From: Bdellovibrionia bacterium
Lineage (GTDB): Bacteria; Bdellovibrionota; Bdellovibrionia; Bdellovibrionales; JAGQZY01
NCBI GenBank assembly: GCA_030424715.1
Contig: JAUHWH010000002.1
Coordinates: 147,080 to 211,079, forward strand
Direction of reading: 5' to 3'
Length of the DNA stretch: 64,000 nucleotides
Below the pieces are notes generated by a model. The model was not told where the DNA came from, did not search any database, and saw only the letters and a program-made list of their open reading frames with translations. This document shows, piece by piece, positions 1 to 9,227 of this stretch (its first letter is position 1; every line of letters starts with the position of its first letter). The position numbers were made by a program, and so were the translations under genes.

Positions 1-856
1 CGCGAGCCTCTAGCTCGGCAGCGTCCACTTGATGAGCTTCAATGGCGTCTTCTTCTGCCTTGTCCATCAATTGGTCCGCTAGCGACTCCGAGTCTTGCGA
101 GTCGTACTCTTCGACTCGACCCACAACATCGGCAGTGATTTCTCGCTTGGCGGTAAGATAAATATCGCCGTACACTTCGGACTGATAAACCGAAACCAAA
201 CCCATTTTACCCATCTCAAGGGCTGACAAAAACGTGATCAAAAGCTCATCTTTGGTGTCTTCGATACTGGTGATCAAATCTCTTAAAATCACCCGTTGCC
301 CGACCACAAAACGGTCTTTCATCTCTAAAATTCGTCCGGCTATGGAACGGGTTTTTCGGGCCACTTTGTGAACCGCTTTTTTCATTTTTCGAATGCTATT
401 GCGGTAGTGGGCGATCAGAGAAAACAGTCCGCCTTCATCGAGAATGATCTCGCCCTCTTCGTCGCTATGGATCGCCTCGGTTTTACCGCGACGAAAAACA
501 TCGCGACCCAACAAAGGACGACTGTAAAGTTCTTTTGAAGCCTCTTGAAAGGCTTGGTACTCAAGCAACCGATTGACCAGTTCTTTGCGAGGATCTTCGA
601 TCTCTTCTTCTTCGCCATCCTCATTGTAGTTGGGGAGCAACATTTTAGATTTGATCTGCAAAAGAGTGGCAGCCATGGCGATAAAATCGCCAGCCACTTC
701 AAGATCAAACTGCTTCATTTTTTTGATGTATTCGAGGTACTGCGAGGTGATTAGGTAGACATCGATGTCGAAGATGTCCATCTCCTCTTTACGAATCAAA
801 TAAAGAAGTAAGGCCAGCGGCCCTTCGAACTGTGGTATATGAATGGATAGATTCAC
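1..856 (-). CDS. scpA: Segregation and condensation protein A (kleisin), 3' end runs off the window
   Basis: Not in the ORF track. Manual translation from GTG at 856 (GTGA overlap with the upstream gene's stop) gives MNLSIHIPQFEGPLALLLYLIRKEEMDIFDI...AGDFIAMAATLLQIKSKMLLP...EDPRKELVNRLLEY, the ScpA FEGPL and IKSKMLLP signatures. Confidence 0.93.
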   Translation of the reverse strand, partial: MNLSIHIPQFEGPLALLLYLIRKEEMDIFDIDVYLITSQYLEYIKKMKQFDLEVAGDFIAMAATLLQIKSKMLLPNYNEDGEEEEIEDPRKELVNRLLEYQAFQEASKELYSRPLLGRDVFRRGKTEAIHSDEEGEIILDEGGLFSLIAHYRNSIRKMKKAVHKVARKTRSIAGRILEMKDRFVVGQRVILRDLITSIEDTKDELLITFLSALEMGKMGLVSVYQSEVYGDIYLTAKREITADVVGRVEEYDSQDSESLADQLMDKAEEDAIEAHQVDAAELEAR

Positions 857-1512
857 GCGCCTCCCCCAGCTGCGATCACAAATGACATTGAAGATTGAAC
901 AATTCCATAAAGCGGTTTGGCTAAATAGTGAAAACCACCGGAAAGAATCAACAGCAATAACCCAATATTCAAATGATACTGATGGTCTTCGAGCCAGCGA
1001 TTCCACGTAAATGGAATAAAGCGCTGGATCACCTTTCCGCCATCGAGTGGATGCAAAGGTAATAAATTAAAAAAAGCTAGAATCAAGTTGATAAAAAGAA
1101 AGGTGATGAGCATCTGATTGATCGGGGCGTTCACCGCCTGTCCCCAGAAGTGAAAAGACAAACCAAAAGCCAGAAGACCCACGAAGAACAACAGGATATT
1201 AGAAAGCGGTCCTGCTAATGCCACCCAAAACATATCATTTTTGGGGTCTTTCAAATTACGAGGATTCACCGGCACCGGCTTGGCCCAACCAAATAAAGGC
1301 AACCCAAACAAAATGGCCATAATCGGTAGCGCCACCGTACCCACCCAATCCACATGGGCCATGGGGTTCATAGTCAGGCGACCCATCATTTCGGCGGTAT
1401 TGTCCCCACGCATCTTGGCAACAAAACCGTGAGCGAACTCGTGGAAGCACAGCGCAAACAGAAAAGGAATAAAGAACAAGCCCACTTTAACGGCGGTTTC
1501 TAACGGGTCCAT
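853..1512 (-). CDS. Site-2 protease family (peptidase M50) membrane metalloprotease
   Basis: HEFAH zinc motif, GWAKPVPVN, AGPLSN and FNLLPLHPLDGG motifs; hydrophobic; lies upstream of scpA. Confidence 0.92.
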   Translation of the reverse strand: MDPLETAVKVGLFFIPFLFALCFHEFAHGFVAKMRGDNTAEMMGRLTMNPMAHVDWVGTVALPIMAILFGLPLFGWAKPVPVNPRNLKDPKNDMFWVALAGPLSNILLFFVGLLAFGLSFHFWGQAVNAPINQMLITFLFINLILAFFNLLPLHPLDGGKVIQRFIPFTWNRWLEDHQYHLNIGLLLLILSGGFHYLAKPLYGIVQSSMSFVIAAGGGA

Positions 1513-1518
1513 AGCAAA

Positions 1519-1547
1519 ACTCTAGCCCAAAGGCCTAGGGCTGTCCA
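1519..1547 (-). promoter_or_regulatory. Sigma-70-type promoter for the M50 protease/scpA, probably leaderless
   Basis: Minus strand TGGACA-N17-TAGAGT, then 6 nt to ATG at 1512; no SD. Confidence 0.55.
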
Positions 1548-1644
1548 CAGTGAAGACCCCCCAAAACCAAGATTTATTGCCAGTTTGATCTTCAAAAATG
1601 CCTTGAGATTACTCGCTCTTAACCTTTCGCGTTACAATATTCCT

Positions 1645-2892
1645 GTGAAACTCATCTTGATTGCCAGCTTTTTCATCGCTCTTCCTGTGCTCTGCCATGC
1701 TAGCTATTTCAATCTCAGCAGCACCCTTATCGGAGAGCAGGCCTCGGGCATGGGCGGCGCCTACACGGCAATGAGCGGTGACAGTTCGTCATCGGGCTTC
1801 TACAACCCAGCTTCGCTGGTAAAACTAGAAGGCACTGACATCAGTGCTTCGGCCACGCTATTTAACAAGTACGACACCACCTACGGCGAAGGCAACGACG
1901 TCGTGAAGGCTGGTGAGCGGGTCAACCGAGGCTTTTTTCGCACGATTCCCTCGTCTATCGGAAACGTCTACCGCTACAAAAAATGGGCCTTTGGTTTTAG
2001 CATCGTCGTCCCCGATTATGACTTTTTTGCCGGAAATATCGCCGACGAACCCGATCGCCAATCTTTTTTAAGCTACACCGACGAGAGCCTCTGGAGTGGA
2101 GTGGTTGGCTCCTACAAAGCTAGCCCCACTGAAAGCTTTGGGATTAGCCTGTACTACACGGCCCGCAGCCTGATCCGCTCTTCCCTTGATCGAACCATCG
2201 TTTCACCCACCCACGAGATCATCACCAGCGAAGAAAAAAGCATCAAACACAACAGCCTCGTGGTTGTTCTTGGCTATCTTTGGGATATCAACAAAAAATG
2301 GTCCTTCGGTCTCTCGGCACGGCCACCGGCCATTACGGTATCCGGTGATGGCTCCTACTACCAGGCTGTGACTGATACCAATACCCTCCCCAGCCAAGTC
2401 ACCCAAGTGCGCAATACCAAAGCCACCACCTACATCCCTCCCCGCTACTCCATGGGCTTTGTGTTTCGCCCCAGTGAGCGCCTGACCCTATCGGCGGATG
2501 GAAGCTACTACACCGGCTTTGGCTACCAGGACATTGATCAACCACAAGCCTTTGACAGCATCCAACACACAAACACTTGGAACGCTTCTATCGGAATGGA
2601 GTACCAACTGAGATGGCCCAAAGCCAAACTCCGGGCGGGCCTCTTCACCAACAACTCATCAATTGAAGAGCCACGTGCCAACCCTCAGTTTCGCACCGGA
2701 GATCACATCGATATGCTAGGCTTTTCTAGCAACGTGAACTTTTTGGTATCAGAACAATCGAGTTACACCATTGGTGGGTTTTACACGGGGGGCAAAGGCT
2801 ACAGTGTGCAACGCACGGGCAACCAACTGGTCCGACTGGATAAAACCCAACACATCTTTTCGCTTCTGATCAGCACCTCATATCGTTTTTAA
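1645..2892 (+). CDS. FadL/OMPP1-like outer-membrane long-chain fatty acid transport protein
   Basis: Signal peptide from GTG 1645; GEQASGMGGAYTAMSGDSSSGFYNPASL hatch-type motif; alternating beta strands; terminal Phe (SYRF); adjacent to beta-oxidation genes. The ORF track opens at 1585. Confidence 0.78.
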   Translation: MKLILIASFFIALPVLCHASYFNLSSTLIGEQASGMGGAYTAMSGDSSSSGFYNPASLVKLEGTDISASATLFNKYDTTYGEGNDVVKAGERVNRGFFRTIPSSIGNVYRYKKWAFGFSIVVPDYDFFAGNIADEPDRQSFLSYTDESLWSGVVGSYKASPTESFGISLYYTARSLIRSSLDRTIVSPTHEIITSEEKSIKHNSLVVVLGYLWDINKKWSFGLSARPPAITVSGDGSYYQAVTDTNTLPSQVTQVRNTKATTYIPPRYSMGFVFRPSERLTLSADGSYYTGFGYQDIDQPQAFDSIQHTNTWNASIGMEYQLRWPKAKLRAGLFTNNSSIEEPRANPQFRTGDHIDMLGFSSNVNFLVSEQSSYTIGGFYTGGKGYSVQRTGNQLVRLDKTQHIFSLLISTSYRF

Positions 2893-2954
2893 TCCAGCAA
2901 AACGCTAAGTATTTAGATTCACTTAAAGAAGATGGCTCCGCGCCACCTCGCGAT

Positions 2955-2984
2955 TTGACTTCATAGGGGTTTCCACTCTAAAAC
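2955..2984 (+). promoter_or_regulatory. Sigma-70-type promoter for the acyl-CoA dehydrogenase
   Basis: TTGACT-N18-TAAAAC, followed by an AAGGAG SD before ATG 3008. Confidence 0.45.
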
Positions 2985-3007
2985 AGCATCCTACAAAAGG
3001 AGACCCC

Positions 3008-4159
3008 ATGAACCAACCTGCTGTTACTACCTGGAGCGAAGATGAACAGGCCTTCCGTATGGCCATCAGAGAATTTGCGGAGTCGGTGATCAAACCGAAG
3101 GTTCACGAAATGGACAAAAACCAACAAATGGACCCCGAGATCGTGCAACAACTTTTTCAAATGGGACTGATGGGGATTGAAACTCCTGAGAAGTTTGGTG
3201 GCTCCGCCAGCTCTTTTACTATGGCCTGTATCGCCATTGAAGAACTGGCTCGTATCGATGGCTCAGTGAGCGTGCTTTGCGACGTGCAAAACACCTTGGT
3301 AACCAATGCCTTTTTGAACTACGCCAATGAGTCACTGCAAGATAAATATTTGCCAAAACTCGCCCAAGAGTGGGTGGGCGCCTATGCACTCTCGGAGAGT
3401 GGATCGGGCTCCGATGCTTTTGCTTTGGGACTCAAAGCCGAAGACAAGGGCGACAAATATGTACTGAACGGTCACAAACTATGGATCACCAATGGTAAAG
3501 AGGCCAGCGTGTTTTTGGTTTTCGCCAACCTGAACCCGGAAGCTGGCTATAAAGGTATTACTGGCTTTGTGGTCGAAAAAGACTTTCCAGGGTTCTCGGT
3601 CGGCAAAAAAGAAGACAAATTGGGTATTCGTGCCAGTTCGACCTGCGAACTTTTGTTTGAAAATTGCGAAGTCCCAAAAGACAACGTCATCGGAGAAGTG
3701 GGCAAAGGATACAAAATCGCCATTGAAACTCTCAATGAAGGACGTATCGGCATTGGTGCTCAAATGGTGGGTATCGCCCAGGGCGCCTACGAAGCAGCGC
3801 TGAACTACGTGCAAGGTCGTGAGCAGTTTGGAAAGCCCCTCGCGAAATTTCAAGGCATTCAGTTTCAATTGGCTGAAATGCGAACCGAACTGGAAGCTGC
3901 AAAACTTATGGTCTACAATGCGGCTCGCTTGAAAGACTCTGGCGAAAGCTTTATTCAAGAAGCCGCAATGGCAAAACTTTTCTCCTCGCAAGCGGCTGAA
4001 AAGATCACATCACTGGCTATCGACCTTTTTGGAGGCAACGGTTTCACAACCGAATACCCTGTTGAGAAGTTCTGGCGTGATGCAAAGATTGGTCAGATCT
4101 ACGAAGGCACTAGCAATATGCAAAAACAAACCATCGCCAAAATGGAGTTGGACCGCTAG
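3008..4159 (+). CDS. Acyl-CoA dehydrogenase, short/branched-chain type
   Basis: ALSESGSGSDA, LNGHKLWITNG, KLGIRASST, REQFGKPL and IYEGTSN motifs. Confidence 0.93.
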   Translation: MNQPAVTTWSEDEQAFRMAIREFAESVIKPKVHEMDKNQQMDPEIVQQLFQMGLMGIETPEKFGGSASSFTMACIAIEELARIDGSVSVLCDVQNTLVTNAFLNYANESLQDKYLPKLAQEWVGAYALSESGSGSDAFALGLKAEDKGDKYVLNGHKLWITNGKEASVFLVFANLNPEAGYKGITGFVVEKDFPGFSVGKKEDKLGIRASSTCELLFENCEVPKDNVIGEVGKGYKIAIETLNEGRIGIGAQMVGIAQGAYEAALNYVQGREQFGKPLAKFQGIQFQLAEMRTELEAAKLMVYNAARLKDSGESFIQEAAMAKLFSSQAAEKITSLAIDLFGGNGFTTEYPVEKFWRDAKIGQIYEGTSNMQKQTIAKMELDR

Positions 4160-4189
4160 CTCCCTTTTACGGGCCATGCCCTTTGACAA

Positions 4190-4218
4190 CTCAGCGGCTC
4201 CACAATTCAACCGCTGAG
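4190..4218. terminator. Stem-loop between the convergent ACAD and icmF genes
   Basis: CTCAGCGG-N13-CCGCTGAG perfect 8-bp inverted repeat; weak U-tracts. Confidence 0.5.
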
Positions 4219-4237
4219 CAACACACTCACCCCGTCC

Positions 4238-7200
4238 CTAGAGGTTGCGTCGGTATTGGCCGCCCATTTCAAAAAGAGCTTGGGTCATCTCGTTTAACGA
4301 ACAAACCCGGGCCGCGTCCATCAAAGCGGCAAAGATATTGTCCCCTTGCAGGGCTGCGAGCTTCAACTTCTTCAATTGCTCGTCGGCCTCAGTCGCGTGA
4401 GTCTTTTGAAAGGCTTTCAAGTTGTTGAGCTGCTGATTCTTCTCCTCTTGAGAAGCACGGGCCATCTCGATTTTTTCGGGAACATAGCCCTCTTTCAAAG
4501 TCTCAGGATTGATAAATTGGTTCACGCCCACAATTGGTAAATCGCCTGAGTGCTTGAGGTGCTCGTAGTGCATGGACTCTTCCTGGATTTTGCCACGCTG
4601 GTACTGGGTCTCCATGGCCCCGAGTACGCCTCCACGTTCACTGATGCGCATAAATTCGGTTAAAATCGCCTCTTCGACGAGCTCAGTCAACTCGGTCATA
4701 AAAAAGGACCCCTGATTAGGGTTTTCATTTTTTGCCACGCCAAACTCTTTATTGATAATCATCTGGATGGCCATGGCGCGACGAACCGACTCTTCTGTGG
4801 GTGTGGTGATGGCTTCGTCATAAGCATTGGTGTGAAGCGAGTTGCAGTTATCGTAAATGGCTAACAAGGCCTGCAGAGTGGTTCGGATATCGTTGAAGTC
4901 AATCTCTTGGGCGTGTAGCGAGCGCCCTGAGGTTTGGATATGGTACTTCAACTTTTGCGACCTTGGACTTCCTTTGTAAAGATTCTTCATCGCCACGGCC
5001 CAAATCCGACGAGCCACGCGACCGATGACCGCATACTCAGGGTCCATACCATTACTAAAAAAGAAGGACAGATTCGGAGCAAAGTCATCGATGTCCATGC
5101 CACGCGACAAATAGTATTCCACAAAGGTAAAGGCGTTGCTCAGGGTAAAGGCCACCTGACTGATGGGATTGGCTCCGGCCTCGGCGATATGATAACCGGA
5201 GATGCTAACGGAGTAAAAATTCCGCACTTTGTTCTCGTTAAAATACTGTTGAATATCACCCATCATCTTCAAAGCAAAATCGATAGAAAAGATACAGGTG
5301 TTTTGCCCCTGGTCCTCTTTCAAAATATCGGCCTGAACCGTACCACGCACACTTTGCAGGGCTTCTGTCTTAGCCTGTTCCCACTCTGCAGAACTCAGGG
5401 CGCTGCCTTTTTCTTTTTCTTTTTTCTCGACCAGCTGATCAATAGCGGTGTTAAAGAAGAAAGCCAGAATCATGGGGGCCGGACCATTGATCGTCATACT
5501 GACGGAGGTTGTTGGTGAGGTCAGCTCAAAGCCATCGTAGAGCTTTTTCATATCATCGAGAGTGCAAATACTCACACCACTCTCCCCCACTTTACCAAAA
5601 ATATCGGGTCGCTCATGGGGGTCAAAGCCATACAAAGTGACGCTATCAAACGCGGTCGACAGCCTCTTGGCGGGAGCATCTTTGGATAGGTAATGAAAAC
5701 GCCGGTTGGTTCTTTCGGGCGTGCCCTCACCGGCAAACATGCGAGTGGGATCTTCGCCCACGCGCTTAAGCGGGAAAACCCCAGCCGTGTAGGGAAAACT
5801 TCCGGGCACATTCTCTAAGCGAAGAAATTTCAGACGATCGCCCCAGTCGGTGAACTGAGGTGGCGCCACCCTGGGAATCATGGTTCCACTTAAAGATTCA
5901 TTGAACAGAGGCTGTCGAAACTCTTTGTCTCGCACCTTGTAGACATACTCGTCGGCCTTGTAGGTTTCGATCATCTGATCCCAACCATCAAGCTCTTGCA
6001 AGCATTCGTCGGGAATCTCTTTTTTGTATTGGTCTTCTAGGTTTTTCGATTCGTTGAGGTCTTCTTTAATTTTATAATAACTACCAAGCTTTGAGGCTTT
6101 TTCAGCGAGTGCCAAGGTTTCTTTCTTATAGCTGCGCACAGAGGCCACAATTTCGGCTAGATAATTCTGCCGCTCCGGTGGAATGATACTTTGCTTTTCG
6201 GCACCACGCACCTGTGCCTTCTGCTCATCGGTGAGGCTCCACGTGTAGGATGGGTCTCGTTTAGCCAGTTCGTCAGAGAGGGCAAAGAACAAATGATTCA
6301 CGCCCAAGTCATTAAATTGGGCCGCTTGGGTGAGGTACACAGGAATATCAGAATCTTTCGCTTCAAAAACCTTACGAGACCGCTTGTATTGTTTGCGCAC
6401 ATCTCTCAAGGCATCTTGCGAGCCACGGTGGTCCGCTTTGTTAATAGCAATCAGGTCGGCAAAATCGATCATATCAATTTTCTCAAGCTGCGATTGTGCA
6501 CCGAACTCAGAGGTCATCACATACAAGGCCAAATCACAGACCTCGGTAATCGCCACGTTGGCCTGGCCAATCCCTGATGTCTCGGCAATAATCAAATCAA
6601 AATCGTAACCTTTCATAAGGTCCAACATTTTGGGTAGAGAGCCAGCGATTTCAGAGCCTGAACCCCGCGAAGCCACCGAGCGCATAAAAACACCCGGACG
6701 TGATAACGAGTTCATTCGAATTCGATCACCGAGGAGAGATCCCCCCGTTTTGCGTTTCGACGGGTCGACACAAATCACACCCACTTTCAGATCAGCATAG
6801 GAGTTGAGCAATCGCTGAATCAATTCGTCGACCAAACTGGACTTGCCAGCGCCTCCCGTTCCGGTCACACCGAGCACCAGTGGAGCGGTCTCTTTCTTGA
6901 ATGCAGAGAGTTCTGACAACACGGGTTCCGGCATTGCTTGGTCAGTATCAATGGCATCAAGGGCGACACCTAAAAGTCGATGTGGGAGCTCTTCTCGCCC
7001 AGCGAGTGACTGATTGAAGGTTTTGGCTTTTGCGATGGCCTCTTGGACTGAGAAGTCACACTTCTCCATGATTAAGTTAATCATGCCATCGAGTCCCATT
7101 TTACGACCATCATCGGGATGAAATATAAAATCGATCCCATACTTTTCAAGTTCTGTTTTTTCCTCGTGAATGATCACGCCTCCGCCACCACCAAACGTTT

Positions 7201-7471
7201 TGACATAATCGGCGCCCGCTTCAACGAGAAGATCTTTCATGTATTTAAAATACTCCATATGCCCGCCCTGGTAGGACGACAGACAAACCCCATGAGCCCC
7301 TTCTTGCAACGCGGCGGTCACCACATCGAGAACACTGCGATTGTGCCCAAGATGAATCACCTCGGCACCCGCATCCTGCAACAAGCGGCGAATCATATTA
7401 ATACTGGCATCGTGTCCATCGAAGAGACTTGCGGCTGTAACGATGCGAATGGGGTTTTTCCGTTGCGGCAT
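4238..7471 (-). CDS. icmF: Fused isobutyryl-CoA mutase / MeaB-like GTPase metallochaperone (adenosylcobalamin-dependent)
   Basis: N-terminal B12 domain (FDGHDASIN, SSYQGGH), central P-loop GTGGAGKSS plus LLGDRIRMN and NKAD, C-terminal mutase barrel (TRMFAGEG, GYHIAEAGANP, SLHTNAYDEA); 1077 aa. Confidence 0.95.
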   Translation of the reverse strand: MPQRKNPIRIVTAASLFDGHDASINMIRRLLQDAGAEVIHLGHNRSVLDVVTAALQEGAHGVCLSSYQGGHMEYFKYMKDLLVEAGADYVKTFGGGGGVIIHEEKTELEKYGIDFIFHPDDGRKMGLDGMINLIMEKCDFSVQEAIAKAKTFNQSLAGREELPHRLLGVALDAIDTDQAMPEPVLSELSAFKKETAPLVLGVTGTGGAGKSSLVDELIQRLLNSYADLKVGVICVDPSKRKTGGSLLGDRIRMNSLSRPGVFMRSVASRGSGSEIAGSLPKMLDLMKGYDFDLIIAETSGIGQANVAITEVCDLALYVMTSEFGAQSQLEKIDMIDFADLIAINKADHRGSQDALRDVRKQYKRSRKVFEAKDSDIPVYLTQAAQFNDLGVNHLFFALSDELAKRDPSYTWSLTDEQKAQVRGAEKQSIIPPERQNYLAEIVASVRSYKKETLALAEKASKLGSYYKIKEDLNESKNLEDQYKKEIPDECLQELDGWDQMIETYKADEYVYKVRDKEFRQPLFNESLSGTMIPRVAPPQFTDWGDRLKFLRLENVPGSFPYTAGVFPLKRVGEDPTRMFAGEGTPERTNRRFHYLSKDAPAKRLSTAFDSVTLYGFDPHERPDIFGKVGESGVSICTLDDMKKLYDGFELTSPTTSVSMTINGPAPMILAFFFNTAIDQLVEKKEKEKGSALSSAEWEQAKTEALQSVRGTVQADILKEDQGQNTCIFSIDFALKMMGDIQQYFNENKVRNFYSVSISGYHIAEAGANPISQVAFTLSNAFTFVEYYLSRGMDIDDFAPNLSFFFSNGMDPEYAVIGRVARRIWAVAMKNLYKGSPRSQKLKYHIQTSGRSLHAQEIDFNDIRTTLQALLAIYDNCNSLHTNAYDEAITTPTEESVRRAMAIQMIINKEFGVAKNENPNQGSFFMTELTELVEEAILTEFMRISERGGVLGAMETQYQRGKIQEESMHYEHLKHSGDLPIVGVNQFINPETLKEGYVPEKIEMARASQEEKNQQLNNLKAFQKTHATEADEQLKKLKLAALQGDNIFAALMDAARVCSLNEMTQALFEMGGQYRRNL

Positions 7472-7473
7472 AA

Positions 7474-8250
7474 CTATTGTCCTACGAATTCGGGTTTACG
7501 TTTTTCAATGAAAGCGGCTGTGCCCTCTTTGCAGTCTTTGGAGTGAAACAACTGGGCGAATTCTTTTTTCTCCACCTCCATGGCATCACTAGCAGCCATG
7601 CCATAAGTGGCATTGATGGTTCGCTTGATGGCAGCCAAGGCTTTCGGCGCCCGACTGGCAATGGTTGTTGCAACCATCTTAGCCCGTTCCATGACTTTCT
7701 CCGGAGCACATACTTCGTTCACCAAACCAAAACCCAAGGCATCTTCTGCCGAGATCAGGTCGCCGGTCATGGTCAACTGCTTGGCCTGGCCGGGCCCAAT
7801 TTTTCTCGTCAAACGAACGCTCCCGCCAAAGCCTGGCATCAAACCAAGAGTACACTCCGGCAATCCAAACTTGGCTTTTTCAGAAGCAAAAATAAAGTCA
7901 CAAGCCATAGCGAGCTCTAGCCCGCCACCTAACGCAAAACCATTCACAGCGGCAATCACCGGAATATCGAGCTGCTCAATCTTCATAAAAACGCCTTGCC
8001 CCTGGCCGGCAAATTGCGAGGCTTGCTCGGGGTCTAGAGAATGGATCTCTTTGATATCAGCCCCTGCAACGAAGGCCTTTTCGCCAGCACCCGTTACAAT
8101 GAGACAGCGTAGTTCGGAGTCACTAGCAACCTGCCCTAACACCTCATCAAGTTCTTTTAACAAATCACTACTCAAAGCGTTCAAGGCATGGGGTTTGTTG
8201 ATTGTGATAACACCGATGGCGTTCGCTTTTTCAAAAAGGACCAAACTCAT
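7474..8250 (-). CDS. crt: Enoyl-CoA hydratase (crotonase)
   Basis: AFVAGADI, ALGGGLELAMACD, FGLPE and GLMPGFGG motifs. Confidence 0.9.
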   Translation of the reverse strand: MSLVLFEKANAIGVITINKPHALNALSSDLLKELDEVLGQVASDSELRCLIVTGAGEKAFVAGADIKEIHSLDPEQASQFAGQGQGVFMKIEQLDIPVIAAVNGFALGGGLELAMACDFIFASEKAKFGLPECTLGLMPGFGGSVRLTRKIGPGQAKQLTMTGDLISAEDALGFGLVNEVCAPEKVMERAKMVATTIASRAPKALAAIKRTINATYGMAASDAMEVEKKEFAQLFHSKDCKEGTAAFIEKRKPEFVGQ

Positions 8251-9107
8251 GACTGCTCCCCATAGTTATAAAATCCACGACCAGATTTGCGTCCCAGCCA
8301 GCCCGCCTCCACGTACTTTACGAGCAGCGGACAAGGACGATACTTGGTGTCACCCAATCCATCGTGCAGAACATTCATGATTGCCAAACAGGTATCAAGA
8401 CCAATGAAGTCCGCCAAAGTGAGTGGCCCCATGGGTTGATTGGTTCCCAGCTTCATGGCCGAGTCGATGGCCTCCACTTCAGCAATGCCTTCGTACAAAG
8501 CGTAGACCGCTTCGTTGATCATGGGCATGAGAATCCGGTTGACGATAAAGCCCGGCATGTCTCGTCCCTCAACAAATATTTTGCCCAGACTTTCAGTGGC
8601 TTGCCGAACTTTGTTGAAAGTCTCGTCAGAGGTTTGCAAACCGCGAATCCCTTCAACCAATGTCATAATCGGTACCGGATTCATAAAGTGCATCCCCGCC
8701 ACTTGGGTGGGGCGCTGAGTGGCTCCTGCAATTTTAGTAATTGAGATGGATGACGTGTTTGTACAAAGCAAAGTATTTTGCGGAGCAATTTCATCCAGTT
8801 GCCGAAAAATCTTCAACTTTAGATCTAGGTTTTCAGTGGCCGCCTCAACGATGAAGTCACAGTCGCCAAAGGCTTTCATGTCTGTTGAAGTCTGAACGTT
8901 GGCCAATAAGGTCTCTTTTTCTCCAGCCGTCATCTTTTCTTTTTTAACCAAACGGTCACAACTTTTGGTGATCGTGGCTAGACCTTTTTCTAGAGCCTGC
9001 TCGCTGATATCCACCATCATCACCGGAACATTTTTCGCCGCAAAGACTTGCGCGATCCCATTGCCCATCTGACCGGCTCCAACCACACCTAATTTTTGTA
9101 AAGACAT
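8247..9107 (-). CDS. hbd: 3-hydroxybutyryl-CoA dehydrogenase
   Basis: GAGQMGNGIA Rossmann motif, NTSSISIT, GMHFMNP, PGFIVNR, PMGPL; ATG at 9107 follows a GGAG SD. Confidence 0.93.
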   Translation of the reverse strand: MSLQKLGVVGAGQMGNGIAQVFAAKNVPVMMVDISEQALEKGLATITKSCDRLVKKEKMTAGEKETLLANVQTSTDMKAFGDCDFIVEAATENLDLKLKIFRQLDEIAPQNTLLCTNTSSISITKIAGATQRPTQVAGMHFMNPVPIMTLVEGIRGLQTSDETFNKVRQATESLGKIFVEGRDMPGFIVNRILMPMINEAVYALYEGIAEVEAIDSAMKLGTNQPMGPLTLADFIGLDTCLAIMNVLHDGLGDTKYRPCPLLVKYVEAGWLGRKSGRGFYNYGEQS

Positions 9108-9136
9108 ACCCACTCCCATTTTGATTTGAGCTTAGG

Positions 9137-9165
9137 TTTATACCCAGGGTCAGGGGCTTTGTAAA
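9137..9165 (-). promoter_or_regulatory. Sigma-70 promoter for the hbd-crt-icmF operon
   Basis: Minus strand TTTACA-N17-TATAAA about 30 nt upstream of the hbd start. Confidence 0.6.
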
Positions 9166-9196
9166 CTCTTGAGAACAATGGAAAAACTGGCCTTGA

Positions 9197-9215
9197 GGGT
9201 GTCAGTTTGACACCC
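9197..9215. promoter_or_regulatory. Perfect palindrome, candidate operator in the divergent hbd / SH3-gene interval
   Basis: GGGTGTCA-GTT-TGACACCC, filling the spacer of a putative + strand promoter TTGAGG(9193)-N17-CACAAT(9216). Confidence 0.5.
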
Positions 9216-9227
9216 CACAATACTAGT

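Noticed and set aside
7607..8380. 257-aa + strand ORF, and similar long antisense ORFs (15768-16802, 4934-5518, 48853-49491, 54354-54875)
   Set aside because: Each lies antisense to a well-supported conserved gene and shows no motifs; these are shadow ORFs.
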